Origin: Promethearchaeia archaeon
Lineage (GTDB): Archaea > Asgardarchaeota > Lokiarchaeia > Sigyniarchaeales > SOKP01
Direction: 5' to 3'
NCBI GenBank assembly: GCA_029856155.1
Contig: JAHQWL010000095.1
Span: forward strand, 1-14,909
Length of the DNA stretch: 14,909 nucleotides
How positions within the stretch are numbered: the first letter of the stretch is position 1; every line of letters begins with the position of its first letter. Position numbers and translations under genes: made by a program. The notes under the pieces are model-generated. The model searched no databases. It saw nothing but the letters and a program-made list of their open reading frames with translations, and was not told the origin of the DNA. This document shows positions 9,129 to 14,909 of this stretch, one piece after another.

Positions 9129-9304
9129 AAATTTTTTCACCTTATTTTGAATTTATGTTGTAACAAAAAATGAATAATAAGAGAAATATTTAACCTATTT
9201 TTTCTGGTTATTAATTTAAGATTCCTCTGGGGCGTTTTTAAATCTCTTTGTCTTGGATATAAACGTAATATCAAATTACTTGAAAAAGAGTTAAATTTAT
9301 CATT

Positions 9305-9754
9305 TTAAATTAGACCTTTAATAGATCTCTTTTTAATTATTTCAACCACTTTTTTACTTAGGAATCCTGTTGTAAAAATTTCAGCGAATTCTAAACGATC
9401 AAGATATAACCTAAGACTATTAATTTTATAATTTTCATACTCCAGGACTTCTGCTATCTTAATACTTAATTTCTTACCTTGATTAAAGGTTACATATATA
9501 ATAAATTCCTCAAAGAAGACGTTATTTTCGACCATAATAACAAGAGGTTCAAATTTGATTGTATCAAATAAGTTAAAGAACCAATTAAGCCATTTTTTCA
9601 AGTTAATATTACCTTTTAATTCTAATCCTAGAATTTCAATCTTACAATCTTCAGAGAAATAAGTAACCATTTTCTCTACATCTTGTTTTTCCAAATCATC
9701 ATCTAAGTCTGCTGCAAGTTTAATAATCTTGTCTTTATCTTGATTATCATTCAT
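9305..9754 (-). CDS. NTF2-like/SnoaL-like domain protein
   Basis: Pattern DVEKMVTYFSEDC...LKG...WF...VENNVFFEE...EVLEYENYKINSLRLYLD. Confidence 0.8.
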   Translation of the reverse strand: MNDNQDKDKIIKLAADLDDDLEKQDVEKMVTYFSEDCKIEILGLELKGNINLKKWLNWFFNLFDTIKFEPLVIMVENNVFFEEFIIYVTFNQGKKLSIKIAEVLEYENYKINSLRLYLDRLEFAEIFTTGFLSKKVVEIIKKRSIKGLI

Positions 9755-9951
9755 TTCAGAAACTTTTATTTTTTTATTATAATGATCTTTTACATCACAA
9801 AATAGAATAAAAACATAACCCTTTACGTATTTCAGATCTTTATTATAGATGTATTAGATTTACATTAATATTTTGAATTTGTGTAGATTTTTTAATGTTA
9901 AAAGTTTTTAATCTCAAAGGTAGAATAGAAATTTAAAGAAAGAAAATCAAA

Positions 9952-10347
9952 ATGTCAGATGAAGAACTTAGGGATCAAATTAACAAAATAGCAGTAGAAA
10001 TTGAGAAAATTGAAGAGACTGCCAAGCAAAAAGAAGAATACGTTAAAAATAGAATTAATGAGGAATTTGATCCAAAAATTAATGAAATCGAATCAAAATT
10101 GCAGAGAGAACAAGCAATACTTGATGAAATTCTAAAAAGCATCGAAGAATTAGAAGTAAATAAGAAAGAAATGATACCTGTTGTCAAAGATTTAGAACAA
10201 AAATATAATGATTTGAAAAAAGAAAAGGAAAAATACATTAATGAAAAGTGTAAAGCGATTTCTAAAGAAAAGAAAGTCAAGTCGAAAGAAATTGACCGAA
10301 ATATTAAATTGTTAGAAAAAGAGTTAAAAACAAAAGAAAAGAAATAA
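9952..10347 (+). CDS. Coiled-coil hypothetical protein
   Basis: 131 aa, E/K-rich with heptad periodicity and almost no Gly or Pro. Confidence 0.8.
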   Translation: MSDEELRDQINKIAVEIEKIEETAKQKEEYVKNRINEEFDPKINEIESKLQREQAILDEILKSIEELEVNKKEMIPVVKDLEQKYNDLKKEKEKYINEKCKAISKEKKVKSKEIDRNIKLLEKELKTKEKK

Positions 10348-10482
10348 CAAATCAATATTATATTAAGAAAAATTTAAAAAGATAAAAGAAATTTGAAAAT
10401 GGGAATAAATATTTCAATAAAGTAAATATGTTTTTAAATAAAGTGTGATTCTTTTTGTTGTTATATTTTAAAGAGGATTTAA

Positions 10483-10593
10483 ATGCCATATACACAATCT
10501 TTTCATCTAAACGATAATGAAATTGAAGATTTTTTAAAGAATGGTAAGAGTTGTGATAGTCAAATCTTTTTATATTGTTTTTCTTTAGAATAA
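10483..10593 (+). CDS. 36-aa micro-ORF or gene remnant (MPYTQSFHLNDNEIEDFLKNGKSCDSQIFLYCFSLE)
   Basis: ATG 10483 is preceded by GAGGA (10473-10477). Stop TAA at 10591-10593. Not in the ORF track. Confidence 0.35.
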   Translation: MPYTQSFHLNDNEIEDFLKNGKSCDSQIFLYCFSLE

Positions 10594-10637
10594 TTCGTAA
10601 AAAAACATAAATTTAAAACTTAAAAGAGGGTAATGAT

Positions 10638-10865
10638 ATGTCTGATTATTTTAAAAGTCTAAAACGTCCAATTGAAAATGTATTACTTTTCGTGGGATTG
10701 GTACTTTTCACTTTAGGTTTCTTTACATTATATTTTGCTATCCCAATGCTTATTGGTAATCCTTATATTGGATGGCCATGGACAACATATGCTTGTATAC
10801 TTCTATCAATTGGATCAAGTTTGACATATTTAGAGGTTAAATTGTCTAAAATTAAGATTGAATAA
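10638..10865 (+). CDS. Small two-TM membrane protein
   Basis: Two hydrophobic helices separated by GNPYIGWPW. GAGGGT SD upstream. Confidence 0.75.
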   Translation: MSDYFKSLKRPIENVLLFVGLVLFTLGFFTLYFAIPMLIGNPYIGWPWTTYACILLSIGSSLTYLEVKLSKIKIE

Positions 10866-10922
10866 ACTGATTTATTTTTTATTAAAATATAATTTTTAAA
10901 TATTTTTGTATCACATTATGAT

Positions 10923-11666
10923 ATGAATGATCAATTTGGGACATATGGGGATGAATTTCAACAGAAGTCTAAATATATTAGAGAAAACTTACCACGACAT
11001 CAATTAGATTGGTTAAAAAAACCTAATTCCTTTAAGGGATATCCAGATGCGATAAAAACAATTAAATTACCCAATCTTGAATTCAATAAAGAAATAAGCT
11101 TCTGGCAAGTAATCTTAAATAGACAGTCTACTCGCAAGTTTAAAAATGAACCAATAACAATTTCACAACTTAGTCTTTTATTATTTGGAATTACTGGATT
11201 AACTCGAATTTTCCCTCAAGTTGCCTTTAGGACAGTACCGTCAGCGGGGGGTTTATACCCTATTGAGGTCTATCCCGTGGTAAATAATATTGAAAATCTT
11301 AATCAAGGGATTTATCATTACGACCTAGCTAAACATAGATTAGAATTATTGAAAGAAGGAGATTTTCGATTAGAGATTGCGAAAGGGTGTCTAGATCAAA
11401 AAATGGCATTTAATTCAGCAGTAGACTTTGTATGGACCGCGATTATAGAAAGATCCAGATGGAAATATCTCCAAAGATGTTATCGTTATATTTACATGGA
11501 TGCAGGTCACATTGGTCAGAATTTTTATTTAATTGCAGAGGCGTTAGGATTAGGAGCGTGCACTATTGGAGCTATTTATGATGATGAGATCAATAAGTTA
11601 TTAGATATTGATGGTACTCATGAAACAGCTATATATGTTGGTGTTATTGGAAAAAAAATCAAATGA
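10923..11666 (+). CDS. SagB/ThcOx-family FMN-dependent dehydrogenase (nitroreductase superfamily)
   Basis: Motifs RQSTRKF, RTVPSAGGLYPIEVY, GIYHY, YRYIYMDAGHIGQN and GACTIGAIYD. A TTTAAATA box about 20 nt upstream suggests a leaderless mRNA. Confidence 0.92.
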   Translation: MNDQFGTYGDEFQQKSKYIRENLPRHQLDWLKKPNSFKGYPDAIKTIKLPNLEFNKEISFWQVILNRQSTRKFKNEPITISQLSLLLFGITGLTRIFPQVAFRTVPSAGGLYPIEVYPVVNNIENLNQGIYHYDLAKHRLELLKEGDFRLEIAKGCLDQKMAFNSAVDFVWTAIIERSRWKYLQRCYRYIYMDAGHIGQNFYLIAEALGLGACTIGAIYDDEINKLLDIDGTHETAIYVGVIGKKIK

Positions 11667-11796
11667 AATATTCAGTATTAAACACTAATTTTTAGAGATA
11701 ATTTTTGGTTTACAGAAGGATTGGTATTGAAGCTTTTAATGCACTTTTTCCTTAAAATAATTAGTAAAATCATATAAATTTAAAATTCAAAGGAGA

Positions 11797-11922
11797 GTGT
11801 TAATATACCAGAATCTTTTAAAAGTTAAGGATATGCATAATCAGTTAAGATCTGATATTTGGATTTCACTTACATATAACTTAGATGAGATAGTTAATCA
11901 AGTTTTAGGTTATGATTCTTAA
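11797..11922 (+). CDS. Candidate micro-ORF of 29-41 aa (…YQNLLKVKDMHNQLRSDIWISLTYNLDEIVNQVLGYDS)
   Basis: Open frame after AGGAG (11791-11795). Possible starts are GTG 11797, ATA 11803 and ATG 11833. Stop TAA at 11920-11922. Confidence 0.4.
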   Translation: MLIYQNLLKVKDMHNQLRSDIWISLTYNLDEIVNQVLGYDS

Positions 11923-12056
11923 ATTATTATAGTTCTGTTTTATTTTTCTATATTTAACTACTTATTTGATATCATGAAAATTTTCAAATTTAGTTAATAT
12001 GAAACTACTATTTTTGTAAGATACGTTTGAATTATTGAAATATAAATAATCTAAAT

Positions 12057-12072
12057 TAGAAAGCTTTAAATA
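12057..12072 (+). promoter_or_regulatory. Putative archaeal BRE/TATA promoter of the lysine-rich peptide gene
   Basis: Purine-rich AGAAAG followed by TTTAAATA (12065-12072), about 75 nt before the ATG, leaving room for a short leader that contains the SD. Confidence 0.5.
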
Positions 12073-12127
12073 CAAATCTAACAATAAATAACAAAAATTT
12101 AATCATTAAATAAATTTAAAAAATTTT

Positions 12128-12133
12128 AAGGAG
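12128..12133 (+). promoter_or_regulatory. Shine-Dalgarno sequence
   Basis: AAGGAG, 12 nt before ATG 12146. Confidence 0.55.
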
Positions 12134-12145
12134 ACGTATTATATA

Positions 12146-12259
12146 ATGGCAAAAAAAAAAGCACCTAAGAAAAAGGCTCCCGCTAAAAAAGCAGGACCAA
12201 AGAAAAAGGCTCCCGCTAAAAAAGCAGGACCTAAGAAAAAGGCTCCCACTAAAAAATAG
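12146..12259 (+). CDS. 37-aa Lys/Ala/Pro-rich histone H1-tail-like basic peptide
   Basis: Translates as MAKKKAPKKKAPAKKAGPKKKAPAKKAGPKKKAPTKK* (18 K, 9 A, 6 P, no acidic residues). It has an SD, a TATA box and a downstream T-tract, and is GC-richer than its flanks. Confidence 0.8.
   Translation: MAKKKAPKKKAPAKKAGPKKKAPAKKAGPKKKAPTKK
12164..12256 (+). repeat. 33-bp in-frame tandem repeat, about 2.8 copies (PKKKAPAKKAG)
   Basis: Units are 12164-12196, 12197-12229 and 12230-12256 (partial). Only two substitutions: CCT/CCA (synonymous) and GCT/ACT. Confidence 0.95.
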
Positions 12260-12283
12260 ATATAACGTATTTCAGAATCCACA

Positions 12284-12308
12284 TTTTTTTTTAATTTTAT
12301 ATTTTTTT
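12284..12308 (+). terminator. Putative oligo-T terminator
   Basis: T9 at 12284-12292 followed by T4 and T7 tracts, starting about 25 nt after the peptide's stop codon. Confidence 0.55.
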
Positions 12309-12507
12309 AGATAAGGTTTCGCAAAGAATATAATTCATTTAGAGAGCACTCTTTATTAAAAAAAAATACATACTCCTAGTGAAGTTCAATAATTTAAAAA
12401 AAGTATGTTGCGTGTGAAATAAAATATATCGAAAGATAAAAATTAAAAATCATTAATATTATATAGATAAAAATAGAATAGATAAAAATTAGAAATTTCA
12501 AATATTT

Positions 12508-12891
12508 ATGATTAAATCAATCTTGGTTTGTGATTCTCAGGGATATCCCTTCTATTCTAAAAAATTTGATCAAAGTATAGGGGAGATAGATCCAACTATT
12601 TTTAGTGGTTTAATTTCTGCAATCGGAGCTATAGGGAAAGAATTATTTAAAGAGGAGATTGCTACGATATCGTACGGTGATAAATATGAAATAGCGATTA
12701 TAACCAAAGAATTGCTTGGGGATCCAAAGTCTATCTATTTCGTTTTTATAATTGAAGGAGAGTCTGATCTTAAATTAATGAAGCAGTTGAGTACAAATAT
12801 ATTTATAGAAACAAAGCATGTTTTAAGAGATCCAAATAATGCTAAGTTAGATATAAAGGAAAAAGTGGATAAAATTTTAGCAAATTTATGA
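12508..12891 (+). CDS. Longin/roadblock-like domain protein (Asgard-type eukaryotic signature protein)
   Basis: MIKSILVCDSQGYPFYSKKF...DPTIFSGLISAIGAIGKE matches the beta-beta-alpha start of longin-type domains, followed by three predicted strands and two helices. Confidence 0.72.
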   Translation: MIKSILVCDSQGYPFYSKKFDQSIGEIDPTIFSGLISAIGAIGKELFKEEIATISYGDKYEIAIITKELLGDPKSIYFVFIIEGESDLKLMKQLSTNIFIETKHVLRDPNNAKLDIKEKVDKILANL

Positions 12892-12941
12892 TTAATATAT
12901 TTTATAGAATCAGATTTTCTAAATAAATTGAAAAATTTAAC

Positions 12942-13172
12942 ATGAAGAAAAAAGAATTACAAAAATTTTTTAATCGGTTAGAAGAATTATTAGAAGTAAA
13001 TGGATGCAATGGACGAGATTTAACTAATGCGGAAATAATTTTAGAGGAAATGAGCATTCCTAAGGATGAACGAGAAGAATTCTTACAAAATTGCAGAAAT
13101 TCAGGTGGATTTTGTGATTGTGAAATTTTTTTAAATTCTGAAGAATATTTGAGAGAAATTTATAACAAATAA
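12942..13172 (+). CDS. DUF2695 domain protein
   Basis: GC…L motif and GGFCDCEIFLN signature in 76 aa. Confidence 0.85.
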   Translation: MKKKELQKFFNRLEELLEVNGCNGRDLTNAEIILEEMSIPKDEREEFLQNCRNSGGFCDCEIFLNSEEYLREIYNK

Positions 13173-13203
13173 TCCCAATAAATGGTTATAGAATTACTAT
13201 TTA

Positions 13204-14094
13204 TTAGAACCATTTAACTTTAAGAGATTTTCGCGCTGGTATTCTGTAATAGCGTGCTTTTGGATACCCTATGGCTAATGTGTATCCCGCAATATGCTTT
13301 AATGGAAGTTTTACAATTTTTCCGACGGGTCTAAATTGATTAAAAAAAGCTGTAATATATCCAAGTGAACATGTGCCTAAACCCAAGGTTTCAGCTGCTA
13401 ACATAATATGACAAGCTGCTAATGTACAATTTTCTATTAGAGTTAAGGCATCTTGAGGGGAATGAATAATAATAATTTCAGTGTTCCAACGCCAGACTTC
13501 TATCCCCGATTTAATTCTTTTTAAAGCTCGTTTAAATGAAGGGAGGATTTCTTCAATTTTTTTTATCATAGCGGGTGGAAATGATGTTTCTAAGGTTTTC
13601 TTACCCTGAGGATCTTCAAATGTCTTAACAAGGTTCGTGACTTGATTTGTACATTCTTCAGATAATTTTTTTAGCGTTTCTCGATCCTTTACAACTGTAA
13701 AATGGACATTTTCTTGATTATGCCCTGTAGGCGAATATTTACCAGCAACCTCCAGAATCTTTTCAAGTAATTCTTTTGGAACCGGTTTATCTTTAAATTG
13801 TCTTCGAGATCTTCTAGTTTTAAATAAATTCACCAGTGAATCAAATGAGGGTAAATCTTCTTTAGCGGGAACATTTTTGAGAGTTTCTTCTTTATGAACT
13901 TTAAGTATTATAGCATTAACCGGGCAAACCGCAACACACTTCCCACACTCAATGCAAAATTCTTCCATTGTTTCATCAAACATTAATTCATCTGACTCAA
14001 AATAATAAAAATGACACTCGTCAGCACATGCTTTGCATTTTGTACAAGAATCCATGTCTATAATAACTTTTGAATTTTCTAACACCATAATCAT
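13204..14094 (-). CDS. Nitroreductase family protein with N-terminal 2x[4Fe-4S] ferredoxin domain
   Basis: CTKCKACADEC and CIECGKCVAVCP, then RRSRRQF, SPTGHNQ, LGLGTC and IGYP. AGGTGG SD upstream; the true start may be the ATG at 14088. Confidence 0.93.
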   Translation of the reverse strand: MIMVLENSKVIIDMDSCTKCKACADECHFYYFESDELMFDETMEEFCIECGKCVAVCPVNAIILKVHKEETLKNVPAKEDLPSFDSLVNLFKTRRSRRQFKDKPVPKELLEKILEVAGKYSPTGHNQENVHFTVVKDRETLKKLSEECTNQVTNLVKTFEDPQGKKTLETSFPPAMIKKIEEILPSFKRALKRIKSGIEVWRWNTEIIIIHSPQDALTLIENCTLAACHIMLAAETLGLGTCSLGYITAFFNQFRPVGKIVKLPLKHIAGYTLAIGYPKARYYRIPARKSLKVKWF

Positions 14095-14281
14095 ATTCCA
14101 CCTATTTATACACTAATTTAAACAATATGTACAATCTTTATTAATGATTTCTGAACAATTTCTATAAGAATGTTCTTGAACTTAAAAGGGGAAATTCAGA
14201 CTTTTAGCTATTATTTAAATATATATCAAAATATGGTTTAATTATTTATAGTCATTTATATAAAATTTTATTAGATTGAAA

Positions 14282-14909
14282 ATGAATGTAAACAATATTA
14301 AAGGGCGCCCCGAATTCAGCTCGAGTCAATTTTTAGGATATATATTTTGGAAACAATTAGATGGATTTCATCTGAGATGGACTTCAAAAGGCAAAAAAGT
14401 ATATATTTTTCAAGGAAAGATAATTAGCGAGTCTAAATTAAAATTAACAAAAAGGATCAGATCAGAGACTGCTGAAACCATAAATCAAATTAATGAAAAC
14501 TCCATTGAATGGAATACTAGTGAACAAAATGAATTAGATGGATTAGATTTCCTTACACCAGGAAATTTCACAATAGAGCTAAGAATAAACAAGAAAAAAG
14601 TCAAGACTAAAAATATTTTTTTGGGACCTCAAATGGAGCAACCGGAGAAAAATCCCTTTATTATAAGCCAAATTACTGTCGAAAAGGAAATAAAAATAGA
14701 TAAGAAGAAAATAAAAAAAGAAACTAAATTTAAAAAAGAAGAAGAGATAGAAGTACTTGTATATAGAACCGAACCAGAACCTATATATGAGCCCGAACCA
14801 GAACCTGTGTATGAACCCGAACCAGAACCAGTATATGAGCCTGAACCAGAACCTGTGTATGAGCCCGAACCAGAACCAGTATATGAACCCGAACCAGAAC
14901 CTATATATG
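14282..14909 (+). CDS. Hypothetical protein (3'-truncated): globular N-domain, Lys/Glu linker and EPEP[V/I]YEP repeats
   Basis: Uninterrupted 209-codon frame from ATG 14282 (MNVNNIKGRPEF...GYIFWKQLDGFHLRWT...DGLDF...IFLGP...NPF...) to the window end. TTTATATA lies about 20 nt upstream. Absent from the ORF track, presumably because no stop is reached. Confidence 0.88.
   Translation, partial: MNVNNIKGRPEFSSSQFLGYIFWKQLDGFHLRWTSKGKKVYIFQGKIISESKLKLTKRIRSETAETINQINENSIEWNTSEQNELDGLDFLTPGNFTIELRINKKKVKTKNIFLGPQMEQPEKNPFIISQITVEKEIKIDKKKIKKETKFKKEEEIEVLVYRTEPEPIYEPEPEPVYEPEPEPVYEPEPEPVYEPEPEPVYEPEPEPIY
14771..14909 (+). repeat. 24-bp in-frame tandem repeat, 5 full copies plus 1 partial, running off the window
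   Basis: Consensus GAACCAGAACCWRTRTATGARCCY. Units start at 14771, 14795, 14819, 14843, 14867 and 14891. Confidence 0.95.

Noticed and set aside
9975-10355. 126-aa F/S/L-rich minus-strand ORF
   Set aside because: Typical reverse-complement mirror of an E/K-rich coiled-coil gene.
293-11922. Thiazole/oxazole RiPP cluster (SagB-like, methyltransferase, MFS, ATC-hydrolase family, micro-ORFs)
   Set aside because: No YcaO or E1-like cyclodehydratase is present, the genes are scattered on both strands, stand-alone SagB-like genes are common in archaea, and no micro-ORF has a convincing Cys/Ser/Thr-rich core.
12164-14909. The 33-bp and 24-bp repeats as CRISPR arrays
   Set aside because: Units are head-to-tail with no spacers, are multiples of 3 and lie within open frames.
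12146-14909. Acidic EP-repeat protein acting as chaperone for the basic peptide (prothymosin/H1 analogy)
   Set aside because: Based only on charge complementarity and 2-kb proximity; the genes are separate units with unrelated genes between them.

Overview
Very AT-rich prokaryotic window, most likely from an Asgard archaeon (Lokiarchaeia-like). This is an inference from a stand-alone longin/roadblock-type protein, TATA-like boxes about 20-25 nt before leaderless starts, GGTGA/AGGAG ribosome-binding sites and oligo-T terminators. It is a mosaic of mostly monocistronic genes: an ATC-hydrolase-family protein, a membrane protein, divergent msrA/msrB, a Rieske oxygenase alpha subunit, two MFS transporters, a double zinc-ribbon protein, a SAM methyltransferase, an NTF2/SnoaL protein, a coiled-coil protein, a SagB/ThcOx-type dehydrogenase, a longin-like protein, DUF2695 and a ferredoxin-nitroreductase. 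The ORF track misses two well-supported genes. The first is a 37-aa, 49%-lysine tandem-repeat peptide (12146-12259) resembling the histone H1 C-terminal tail, with its own TATA box, SD and terminator; it is the best candidate for something new. The second is a 3'-truncated ORF (14282->14909) with EPEP[V/I]YEP repeats. Other candidates are a possible ubiquitin-like fold, a probable ATT start codon, an unusual MsrB CxxC active site and several micro-ORFs. No rRNA, tRNA, CRISPR array or mobile element was recognised. All family calls are from motif recognition, not database searches.
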